A stretch of DNA of 64,000 bases from Felis catus (lineage: Eukaryota), in NCBI RefSeq assembly GCF_018350175.1, contig NC_058368.1, positions 146,260,001 to 146,324,000 of the forward strand. The letters run 5' to 3'. Below the pieces are notes generated by a model. That model was not told the origin of the DNA. It did no database searches and saw only the letters and a program-made list of their open reading frames with translations. The translations under genes and the position numbers were made by a program. Below, one piece after another: positions 52,651 to 64,000 of this stretch. The number at the start of each line of letters is the position of its first letter. Positions within the stretch are counted from its first letter, which is position 1.

Positions 52651-53420
52651 CTATCTTGTGTTTTATCAGAGTGAAATAATTGTCAATCCAAAGCAATGAA
52701 ATAGTTAAAAATGTATAATGTGGATGTTATATACCTTTTTTGTAGGGAGTGTGTACATAATTGTCATGAGATTCCTTTTGAGCTCATAACACCCAAAATT
52801 TCATTTATGCTCTAATTAGTTTTTCTTTAAAGATAACATAGGTGTTTTTATCTTAACTTAATTGCCATTGGAATAAATGTTGAATGACCAGCTAGACATT
52901 ACCTTTCTCCACACAGTACAAACCTCTGGTACCCTTCCTGCCCTATCACCGATATTTTTCTGTTGGCAGTAGATTATTCTAGATGAAAACATATTATGCA
53001 AGTATTTAGAACTCATCTCTTCATTGTAAGTAGTAGCCCCCATTCAGGAGAGATTTTTCTTATACTTCGTAAGTCTTTGTTATTTTCTTGCCATTTGCAA
53101 TTCCTGATTTTGCAGTATATTCTTTGTCATGCAAACAATACATCTTAGTTAATGATGTTTTCCTTTTTTCCTTTCATAACTTGCTCTTTTTCTTCAGAAA
53201 AAAACTTGTTTATGAGCCACAAAAAAAAAGATCTAATAATTTTTGATAAGAATAACCTTGGGCTCATTATTTGTTTGCTCATACTTCTGTTTTCTCATCT
53301 ATAAAGGTTTAAAGTGATTTCTTGGGTTCATTACAGGTCATCTAACATACTGCGGTTTTATAGCTCTAAAAATAGCCCTAATGAAGGAAAGCCATGAGGT
53401 TTGAAGCACAATTAAACATA

Positions 53421-53451
53421 ATACACACATGCGCGTGCACACGCATGCCCG

Positions 53452-53490
<39 letters not shown>
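53421..53490. repeat. (CG)n/(CA)n alternating purine-pyrimidine microsatellite
   Basis: atacacacatgcgcgtgcacacgcatgcccgcgcgcgcgc(ac)n. Confidence 0.95.
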
Positions 53491-53492
<2 letters not shown>

Positions 53493-53733
53493 GAGAATTA
53501 GCTACGGGTCTCTTTTAGAATTATAGTAAAGTTTATTTTTTATTCCTTTTTCTTTGTCTCCACTGCCCCCATGATCAGAAGCTGGGATACAGTTTAGGCT
53601 GAAAATTTGACAACTTAAGTACCTTCGAGGTTTGTTTTTCTTTGATTTAAAAATACAGATGGGCAGTCCTGGATTAATATAATGGCTTTATGATGTTGGA
53701 AGCCCAGTCTTTTTTAAATCCTGTTGCCTTGAC

Positions 53734-53870
53734 ATTTTTACTTATTTGTTTATTTTTATTTTTTGTTTGTTTTTGAGAGAGAGAAAGAGAGAGAGCATGA
53801 GCGAGTTGGGGAGAGGCAGAGAGAGACTCTGGACCCACTGAGCTACCGACTGAGCCACCCAGGCGTTCCC
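53734..53870 (-). mobile_element. Internally deleted CAN-SINE within an MLT1-like LTR remnant
   Basis: TSD gccttg(a/c)cattttt. Body is shortened. Confidence 0.85.
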
Positions 53871-55218
53871 CGCCTTGCCATTTTTAACAGACAGTTTTTA
53901 TCTACTGGTCCAAGAAGGCTGCTGTAGCTTTGCTGTTATGTTCACCTTTTAGGCAATAGGACTGAGTTAAGGAGAAAATAAAGAGCATGTGTATTTTCTT
54001 TAAGGCCATGACCTGAAGTTGCATACATTACTTTTGCTTACATCCCGTTGTCCAGAACTAAGTCACAAAGCTTCATCTCACTGCAAGGAAATCTGTGAAA
54101 TGTGATCGTCAGCTGTGTTCTATGCCCAGTAATTTCCATTACCATGTAAAAAGGGGAAGGTAGAGATAGAGGAGCAACTAACAATTTCTGCATGTTAACA
54201 TTTATGAGAGATTGATATGTCATTTAGACGGTTTCACTTTTATTGTTACAGGGTTATTTCTGTAGCATTTTCATTATGAACAATTGTTTCAGTCATGTTT
54301 TAGTTCAAAAAATGTTGCAAGATCTAGCAAGGTACAGGCTAATTTGTATCTTGCTATATATTGTAACTTTTTAAATAAAAAATGCATTCTAACTTCACAT
54401 AACTTCCCTATAGCTATTTAATTTTCATTTTCAGATATATAAAAATGAAGTACAATAAGTTCGCCCAAAGCAGCCAAAGTGGTTTGTAAAAACATCAGTC
54501 CAAAATCCTGTATAATTGTCATGTGTCCCTGTGGTTTGGGGACTTTGGATTCAAATGGGTATTTCCAGATGAAATATCAGAATTTGAGCCTTTATATGAT
54601 ATTCTGCCAAAGACTTTGTCAAAAGTGTAATTGCTTTCAGGTTTGTGAGAGTATGGGTTGGAAATGTGTTCTTTGAATGCCTGAAAAAAAATAATAGTAT
54701 TCTTTATTTCTGTAATAGAAATATTTGTACACATCTACCATTTATATATTAAAGACTTCATAATTTTCCTACTTCATTGGAATGTGGGAACTAAATCAGA
54801 ATCTAAGTGGTACAGAAATCCTGCTCAAAGTATGTACTGTCTAGTCAAGCCATAAAAGAGACAATAGAATTTTTACTCTAAGGAGATTATTTTCAGTTAT
54901 ACTATTTCGTCTTTGAGAACTTTTGCTTTTTCTTGCCTTCATCTCAAAGTCATTATATTTTAGTTTTTTCTTCTGTAGTTCAGGAATGAAACAAACTAAA
55001 GACAGAAGTAGAAAATAACATGGAAAAATTATGTTCTAGAAGGACTTTTGAGTGCTTATAATATTAATATTGCTTCTTACTTGTCAGTCAGTTTCCTTTA
55101 ACATGTAGTCACTTCACCTTGTTATTGTTTATATGTGAGAAAACAGATGCTGAAGGCTTAAACAAGTTCCTAAGAAAAGCAGTAAGTATTGAGTTAGGAT
55201 AGAATCTAGGCCTCTGTC

Positions 55219-55266
55219 TTTTTTTTTTTTTTAATTAAAACAAAATTTTTAAAAATATTTATTTTT

Positions 55267-55341
<75 letters not shown>

Positions 55342-55521
55342 GACGAAAGACAATGTGTGAGCTGCAGAAGGGCAGAGAGAGAGGGAGGCACAGAATCCGA
55401 AGCAGGTTCCAGGCTCTGAGCTGTCAGCGCAGAGCTGGACGCAGGGCTTGAATACACAAGCCCTGAGATGATTACCTGAGCCAAAGTCTGACGCTTAAAC
55501 AATTGAGTCACCCAGGTACCC
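55219..55521 (-). mobile_element. CAN-SINE with expanded (GA)n microsatellite
   Basis: TSD ctgtctt-containing. Long GA tract at ~55268-55340. Confidence 0.92.
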
Positions 55522-56594
55522 CTAAGCTTCTGTCTTAAATACCCGAAAAAAATTTTTTTTAATTTAGTTTATGTATAATGTACATATGATAAAATGTACT
55601 TTCTGTTAAATGTACGTTTTTCTTCACTCCAGTTCCTTTATGCCTCTTTTCAGTCATTCCCCAATTACACCCCTTTTCTCCCCAAACCCGGCCTACCCTC
55701 CAGGCCCCAGGCAACCACTGTTCTCTGTCATTACAAATTAGCTTTGCCTGTTTTAGAATTTCATATAAATGGAACCATATATTATGAACTCTTTTATGTA
55801 ACTTTACATGGTATAATGTTTTTGAGATTCATCATAATGTGTTGTATATCAGCAACTCACTTCTTTTGATTTTTGAGCAGTATTCTCTTGTGCAGATATA
55901 CCACATTCACTTTTAGATGTGTGTGTGTGGTTGGTTTCCAGTAGTCAGCTACTGTGAGTAAAGCAGCTGTATACATTGATGTGTAAATCTTTTTGTGGGT
56001 ATGTTTTTTATAACAGCTTTATTTATATATAATGTGCATATAGAAAGTACACATTTTGATACATTTTAACAAATTTTGACCACAGTCAAGGTAATGATAT
56101 CCTCCTTCCCCAGCAGATTGTTTTGTTTACCTTTGTCATTCTCCCCTCCCACACCTGCTTGTCCCCCAGTCAGTCCCCATAGAACCACTTTCTGTCACTT
56201 TCTGTTACCATAGATTATTGTACATTTTCTAGAATTTCATATAAATGTAATCTGACAGTAGGTAGTACCCCCCTCCCCCACCTTGGTCTGACTTCATTCA
56301 CTCAGCGTAATTATTTTGAGATTCTTCCAGGTTATTGTGTGAATTGTTCATTTCTTTCTTTCTTTCTTTTCTTTCTTTCTTTCTTTCTTTCTTCCCTTTT
56401 TTTTTTTAATACTGAGTAGTATTGCATTTTATGAGTATACCCCAATTTATGCATTCACCAGTTGATGGTCATTTGGGTGATTTCTAGTTTTGGACTATAA
56501 GAAATGAAGCTCCATGAATATTTGTGTAGTGATCTTTGTGTGGAAATGTTTCATTTTTCTTGGATAATACTTAGGAGTAGAATAGTTGACTTAA

Positions 56595-56797
56595 GGGGCG
56601 CCTGGGTGGCTCCACTGGTTAAGTGTCTAACTTTAGATTTTGGCTCAGGTCATGATCTCATGGTTCCTGAGTTCAAGCCTGACATGGGGCTCTGCACGGA
56701 CAGTGTGGAGCCTGCTTTGGATTCTCTCTTTCTCCCTCTCTCTGCCCCTACCCCACTCATGCTATCTCTCTCTTAAAATAAACTTAAAAAAAAAAAG
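56595..56797 (+). mobile_element. CAN-SINE
   Basis: TSD agaata(g/a)ttga(c/g)ttaa. Confidence 0.92.
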
Positions 56798-57775
56798 AAT
56801 AATTGAGTTAAATGGCAGGTGAATCTTTAGTATTTAAAAAAACCAATAAATAGTTTTCCATAGTGGTTGTAGTATTTTGTAATCCCACCAGCAGGATGTG
56901 AAAAATTCCAGTTCATATTTTTAGTTTTAGGTATTCTATTGAGTGTGTGATAGTATTTAATTGTATTTCATTTGCATTTCCCTAATGTCTAATGATATTT
57001 GCCATCAATATAATTTTTTTGTGACATATTTATTCAGATCCTATTTTTTACTGGGTTTCTTGTTTTACTGAGTTTTGAAGAGTTCTCTGTATGTTCTACA
57101 TTCTAGTTCTTTAACAGATACATGAGTTGGGAATACCTTATTCTTGTTTGTTGGAGAGGAGGAAAAATTCTTATTTTTAAGGAAGTTGAATTTTTTCCTT
57201 TTATGGATCATGGTTTTGATACCATGTCTAATAAATATTTGCCTACCTTCAGATCATAGATTTTTCTCTTGAGCTCTCATGTATGAGTTTTATAATTTTA
57301 GGTTTTACATTTAGAGTCTGTGATACATTTTGAGTTAATTTTTGTTTATAGTGCAGGATATGGATTGAAGCTCATCTTTTGCATATGGATATTTAGTTGT
57401 AGCATCATTTGTTGAATTCTCCACTGAATTTTCTTCTACTTTGAGAACCACTTGATCACGTATGTATAGGACTATATCTGGATTCTGGTCTGCTCCATTG
57501 ATCTATTGATTTATCTCTGTACAAACCCTAAATTGTTTTGAATAGTTCTTGTAATCAGGTAGTGTATGTCCTTCAACTTTGTTCTTTTTCAAAGTTGTTT
57601 TGGATAATTTGTATATACTTCAAATTTTCTTATGAGATGTAGAATCAGTCTGTCAATTTCTGCAAATAAGTTTGCTGAAATCTTGACGGGGAATACTTGA
57701 ATCTACAGAGCTGACATCTTAACAATATTGAGTCTTCTATCTTGTGAACAGATCTTTTTCTCCATTTATTTAGGT

Positions 57776-57988
57776 TAGTGGTTCTCACCTGGGGGAGATT
57801 TTGCTCTACCAGGGACATTTGGCAATATCTGGAGACATTTTTAATTGCCACAGTTAGCAGCTGCTACTGGCATCAGGTGAGTAGAAGACAGGGATGCTGC
57901 TAAGCATCCTACAATGCAGAGGAACAGGCTTCTACAACAAAGAAATACCTGGTCCAAACATCATTAGTGTCAAAGTTGAGAAATACTG
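57776..57988. mobile_element. Near full-length MER20 (hAT-Charlie MITE)
   Basis: agtggttctca...gggacatttggcaatatctggagacattttt...gggatgctgctaagcatcctacaatgca...gttgagaaatactg, with inverted termini. Confidence 0.88.
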
Positions 57989-60752
57989 ATTTACTATTCC
58001 TTAATCCCTTGGCCGTTTGTAGTTTTCAAAGTGTAGGTCTTGTAAATCTTTTATCAGTTTGTCATTCCGATATAGAATCCTAGGTCATTGACTTGAGATC
58101 TTTCTTCTTACTAATATAGGCATTTCAGGATCTAACTTTCCTACCAAGTGCTGCTTTAACTGCATTTCACAAATTTTGGTATGTCATGGTTTTGTTTTTA
58201 TTTCGTTTAAATAAAGGAAAATTTGCCAGTTTTCCTTTTGATTTCATTTTCCACTCATGAATTATTTGGAAGTTCATAATTTAGTTCAAATTTGGGTTTT
58301 TGTTGTTGTTGTTGATGTTGTTTAATATTCCAGATATTTTTCTGTTGCTGGTTTTTAATTTAGGTCCATTGTTGTTAGCAAACATAATATGACTTGAAGC
58401 CTTTAAGTTTACTTGGATGTGTAGTAAGGCCCTGAATCTGGTCTCTCTTGTTCAGTGATCTGAGTGCACTTGAAGGAAATATTCTGCTGTTGTTGGGTGG
58501 ATTGTTCCTTAAATGTCAGGTCAGTGTGGTTAATCTTGTTTAAGTTTTCTGTTTTCTTGGTTACTTTCTATTTAATTGTTCTGTCAAAGACTGAAAACAT
58601 GTTCAAATCTACAATTGTAAATATGGATTTGTTTATTTCCCCTTGCAGTACTATCAAGTCTTGCTTCCTGTATTTTGAATCTTTGTTTGACGGTTCAAAC
58701 CTTAATGGTTTGTCATGTCCTCTTGATGATTTGACCCTTTTATCATTATGAAGTGACCTTCAAACCATTAATATTCTTTGAGCTAAAATCTACTTAAAAC
58801 ATTAGTACTCCTATTCTTTTTTTTTTTTTTAATTTTTGATAGGGGTTAGCGTGATCTTTTTTCCATCCTTTTGCTTTTGCCTATTTTTGTCTTTAATTAA
58901 ATTTGGTTTCTTTGAAGAAGCATATAGTTGGATTTTGCTTTTTTATATTCAGCTTGTCAATCTCTGTCTTTTAATTGGGGTTTTTAGACCATTTACATTT
59001 TATGTGATTATTGATAATGATAGTTTTAAAATCTGTCTCATTTTTATTTACTTTTTGCTGTCTCTTCTGCCTTCTTTTGGACGAATTATTTTTTATGATT
59101 CTATTTTATGTTTTGATTGGCTTATTTAACTCATTTTTATGCTATTTTCTTGCCTGCTCTAGGGTTTATAGTATACATCTTTACCTTATTACAGTCTACC
59201 TTGAAGTAATATACTACTTCACAGATAGTTTAAGAATCTACAACAATATATTTGAATATCACTTCTGGGTGTTAGGCTACTGTGATCATGCATTTTACTT
59301 ATATGTAGGTTATAAACTCTATAACATTTTATTATTTTTGGTTTTAGTTTTTAACTTTGAAAAGTTGACTTTTAACTTCTCAGCCCTGGATTTAGTAGGT
59401 GTGACCGTGGGCAGCTTGTTCAATTGTTTTTCCTCAGTTTTTAGTTTAACGTTTGGAAATAATACTAATAGTTAAGCACAGAGTGGTTGTAAGGATTTAA
59501 TAAATTAGTGTATAGATGTGTGTGTGGGCATATTTTTTCTAAAACAGTCCTTTTTTATAATAAGCATTTCATAAGTGTTTGTTGTTATTAATTATTTACT
59601 TGAGTGTCTTTTCCATTATACGGTAAATTCCTTGAGGGAAGTGACCATGTCTTAAATGAACTTGAAATTCCAGCAAATGCACATGTTTTGGGGATGGCCT
59701 TCTGTTGAGAGGAAATGTAGCATAGTGGAAATAACTTAAGATGTTGGTTTGAATCTTAAATCTATTTCTAATTATATGGGTTTTAGCAAATAATTTATGT
59801 TTTTGATGAAAAAACTGAGTTCAAATAGAGTAATAATGCCAACTCATAGTGTTTATGCTTATTGGCACTCAGATTGATGTGTGTGCAAATGTTTTGTAAA
59901 CTGTAAATTGGTACACCATGTGGTCTGTCTCAGGAAGCCATTGAGTTGCATTCAGAAGGGCTTCAATCATACACTTGTAATATTATCTGTGAATGAATTT
60001 ATACACATGGTTGTAGCAGACTTTTTTATACCAGTTTAAAATTGTATGATACAAACCATACTGCTTGAAGTATATTTTGAATAACATCAATTTAAATATG
60101 TCAATACTATTTTTATAAGCTAGTTTTGACTTTTAATGTATCTGGAAACTAAATAATTGTGTGTAGCTTGGACCTCCCTTGACCTCATAGGAGGTCAAGA
60201 AATGATCTTCTACACAGAAATGATCTTCTACCCTTCTCAGTGGAACATATTGGGAGGGACATGATATCCATATGCACTACGACTGGTGATGTTAAATTTG
60301 AATACTTGGGTAAGGTGGTACCTGCCAAGTTTCTCTGCTGTAAACTTGCTGTTTTTTTGTTTTGTTTTGTTGTTATTAATAAGTATCTTATGCAGAGATA
60401 TTTTGGAAGGTATACAAATACCCTGTTTTTACCCATACTTTTACTCACTAATTTCAGCACCCATTGGTGATCTTTTTCTCCAATAGTTATTACTATGATA
60501 TACCTATGATTTTCTATTTTCATTATTTCTTTATTTTATTAATTGGAATCCTACTGTAAGGTAAAACTGTATCTTTTCCTTCATTTATTTTTTTCACTTA
60601 TTTATTTATATCAGCATGTACTCTCATGAGAACATTTATTTTGTTCTATGGGTTAAATTTCTTTCATTATTTTGTTGCTCAGATTGTGCTAGATTTGGCT
60701 ACTGGGAACTTCTTCAACTTGACAACTGTGTCTTTAAGATATGTCTCCATTA

Positions 60753-61795
60753 AGATATTTGCAAATGACATATTGGATAAAGGTATAATATCCAAAATCT
60801 ATAAAGAACTTACCAAACTCAACACCCCAAAAACAAATAATCCAGTGAAGAAATGGGCAAAAGATACGAATAGACATGTTTCCAAAGAAGACCTCCAAAT
60901 GGGTAACAGACACATGAAAAGATGTTCAACATTGCTCATCATCAGGGAAATACAAATCCAAACCACATTGAGATACCACCTGACACAGGTCAGAGTGGCT
61001 AAAATTAACAACTCTGGAAACAACAGATGTTGGTGAGGATCTGGAGCAAAGGGAATGCTCTTGCATTGTTAGTGGGAATGCAAACAGTGTGGAGGTTCCT
61101 CAAAAAATTAAAAATAGAATTACCCTATGACCCAGCAATAGCACTACTAGGAACTTACCTATAGAATACAGGAATGCTGATTCATAGGGGCACATGTACC
61201 CCAATGTTTATAGCAGTGCTATCAACAGTAGACAAATTATGGAAAGAGCTCAAATGTCCATCAACTGATGAATGGATAAAGAAGATGTGGGGGGTGTGTG
61301 TGTATGTGTATATAATAGTAATAGTATAATGGAATACTGCTCGGCAACAAAAAAGAATGAAATCTTGCCATTTGCAGCAATGTGGTTGGAACTAGAGGGT
61401 ATCATGCTAAGTGAAATAAGTCAGTGAGAGAAAGACAGATATATGTTTTCACTCATATGTGGAACCTGAGAAACTTAATATAAGACCATGGGGAAAGGGA
61501 AAAAAACCCAATATTTATAAACAGAGAGGGAGGCAAACCATAAGAGACTTTGTATTTAAATACCGAGAACAAACAGGGTTGATGGGGGGTGTGGGGCGGG
61601 GGGGGGCAGGGAAAATGGGTGATGGGCATTGACGAAGGCACTTGTTGGAATGAGCAGTGGATGTTGTATGTAAGTGATGAATCATGGGACTGTACCTTCG
61701 AAGCCAAGAGCACACTGTGTACACTGTATGTTAGCTAAGGACAATAAATTATATAAGAGAAATAAAAATAAAAACCATTTTATTAGAAAAAAAAA
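60753..61795 (+). mobile_element. 5'-truncated carnivore L1 (ORF2 C-terminus, 3'UTR, poly A), nested in an older antisense L1
   Basis: [20 protein letters not shown]...[25 protein letters not shown]. 17-bp TSD aagatatgtct(c/t)catta at 60736-60752 and 61796-61812. Confidence 0.93.
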
Positions 61796-61812
61796 AAGAT
61801 ATGTCTTCATTA

Positions 61813-63600
61813 CTTTGAGCCCTTCCTTGCTTTTTGGCACCATAGGGTCATCTTGTGTTTCCTGACCCAACCATAGAATCAACCATTTATTCATAAGAGC
61901 CACAGTTCCTTTTATTCGAGGCTGCATTGTGTAATCAATATCTGGGTGTTAGGCATGCTCATTTCTACTGAGGTATTATTGGTCTGGGTCCTCTCAGCAG
62001 ACTAACAGAGGTAGCAAATATATCTGCATACCTACACATATACGTGCACACATCTGCATATCTCCATCAGTACATATGTTAAGAGTCATTTTTAGTTAAT
62101 CCAGTGTTTATCCTTCCCTACTTTCTTTTTGTAACTTTCTCTTATGGTGAAAATCTAGCTTTCATTTTCCACAATATGTTTACTTATTTACTCAGTCCTA
62201 CTATACATGTAAAGTAGTTTTAGAAATGCTAATACATACCTTTGTGAAAAACAAATTTTCTAAATATAGTACAATAGACAAATCAATTTGTCTTTGTCCT
62301 TGTAATATACATTCAAAATATGATTTGCCAAAATGTCTTAAATTAGTACTGTGCCTTACCATCCATTTTGGTGTCCCTGTTCCTTTTGGGGTTCATCTCA
62401 CATTATGGTTGATATTGATTATTTTTTGCTATGTGAACAGTTATCAAGAATCAGAGCTATATACAAAGGTGATTTCAGAAAAGTGTCACTTTTCCCTCAT
62501 CCCCACTGCTCTGTTCCCATGTCTATACTTTTTTCATTACATTCGAGCCATCTCCTCTAGATAATTAATTAAGCTCATAAGTTTCTGGTTTATGGGTTCT
62601 GTCTTTTGTACACATAAGCACATATATTTCTTATATTCTGTTTTTTCTTATGTGAATGGTAGTATATTATGAACACTTTTTTTTTACGTTTTGATCTTTT
62701 TACATAGCATCTCCTGGAAATTGCACCGTGTCAATTCATAAAGATTTTTTTCTTTTATTTTTGTAAGGACTTCATACTCTCATTGTGTATATCAGTTTGT
62801 CAACCATTCTCCTATGTATGAGCATAGGATGTTATGTATGTATGTAAGCATAGGATGAGCATAGGATGTTACTTATGTATGTAAGTTGTTTCCAGTATTT
62901 TGCAAATTCAAACAATGCTGCAGTGAATTATCTCTGTATGTTTTTGGAAGTTTATCTTCAGGATAAACTCCTAGATGTGTGATTGCTAGAAAATCAGTGC
63001 ATATATTGTTTTCTTAGATGTCACCAAATTCCCTTCCGGAAGAGTTGGACCAATTTGCATTTCCACCAGCAGCATATGAAATTGTCTAGCTCCCCACAGC
63101 CTCACTAACAGAACACGCTGTTACACTTTTTAATTTTCTCCAATCTGATAGGCATGAAATGTGTCCCATGTTGTTTTAATTTGCATTTCTCTGATTCTGA
63201 GTGAATCTGAACACCTTTACATATGTTTAAGGATCATTTTTAGATTTCTTTTTGGTCCCGTCTTTTTCAGTTTTTTTCTATTGGTTTTGGTCCTTTCTCA
63301 AATTTTAAGAGTTCTTTTTAAAAAAATTAAAAAAAAAACTTGATGTTTATTTATTTTTGAGGGGGAGAGACAGAGCACGAGCAGGGGAGAGGCATAGAGA
63401 GAGGGAGACATAGAATCCGAAGCAGGCTCCAGGCTCCGAGCTGTCAGCACAGAGCCCATTGTGGGGCTCCAACTCACGAACTGTGAGATCATGACCTGAG
63501 CTGGAGTTAGATGCTTAACTTACAGCCACCCAGGTGCCCCTCAAATTTTAAGAGTTCTTTATATGTTAGAGACGTTAGCCCTTTGTGTGGGTATTACTTA
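61813..63600 (-). mobile_element. Old L1M fragments
   Basis: tagaatcaaccattt, aacaatgctgcagtgaa, caatttgcatttccaccagcagcatatga, gttttaatttgcatttctctgatt. Confidence 0.65.
63317..63540 (-). mobile_element. CAN-SINE
   Basis: TSD tcaaattttaagagttcttt. Confidence 0.93.
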
Positions 63601-64000
63601 TTGCACTAAGATTTATTCATTCAGCATGCTTGTTTGTTAGTAAACTTCCCAAAATACTAATCTGGAGCAAGTTATGTCTCAGATATTCTAGATAAATCAT
63701 CTTGTACTGAAAAAAAAAAAATGCTATGTCAATCTCTTTGTGACAGAATATGAATCCTACTTTTTGTCACCTCTGTATGGTTCATGTTATTCTCTAAATA
63801 TCTTTCATTTATACTGTCCTAAGGAAAGTGTATATTTCTGTGGGTTTGTGGAAATACCTGATCTTTTAAGAAGTTTGCACTCACCCTCTGCTTTTATTCA
63901 AAACTGTCCCTGCCTTTCTTGGTATTCCTGTAAGTTTTATGTATTTCATAATTCTATTTACATTGAGTTGTGTTTAGCTATTACTGCTACCTGAGATCTG

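Larger units (their letters stand above)
55560..59350 (-). mobile_element. Old L1 (L1M) fragments, antisense to XRCC4
   Basis: T-rich L1 3'UTR/ORF2 antisense text (gaatttcatataaatggaaccata, catttgcatttccctaatg, gtatgtccttcaactttgttctttttcaa). Interrupted by a SINE and MER20. Confidence 0.8.

Noticed and set aside
58464..59475. Long hydrophobic ORFs (95-154 aa)
   Set aside because: T-rich antisense L1 sequence, low complexity, with no splice or codon support.
60626..61036. 136-aa ORF
   Set aside because: Chance fusion of flanking sequence with a truncated L1 ORF2 fragment.

Overview
Mammalian genomic DNA, almost certainly a felid (about 25 carnivore tRNA-derived CAN-SINEs, several of the young cat SINEC_Fc type). 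The window holds a head-to-head gene pair sharing one CpG-island promoter at ~28.0-28.55 kb. On the minus strand is the complete TMEM167A (protein kish-A) CDS: 4 coding exons, 72 aa, with a first coding exon that is just ATG. Its intron 2 hosts the H/ACA scaRNA SCARNA18/U109, whose U1 snRNA guide pocket is readable in the sequence. On the plus strand is the 5' part of XRCC4: a non-coding exon 1 and coding exons 2-3 (aa 1-105). The rest is intron or UTR with SINEs, L1, L2, CR1/L3, MIR, MER20 and a fossil hAT/Charlie transposase. Most ORF-track entries are spurious. I found no convincing new biological system. The most notable oddities are a young SINE with a perfect 86-95 bp target-site duplication, a predicted overlapping uORF across the XRCC4 start codon, near-identical inverted SINEs in XRCC4 intron 1, and a non-canonical H box in the scaRNA. 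Repeat family names come from recognition by eye and repeat boundaries are approximate.
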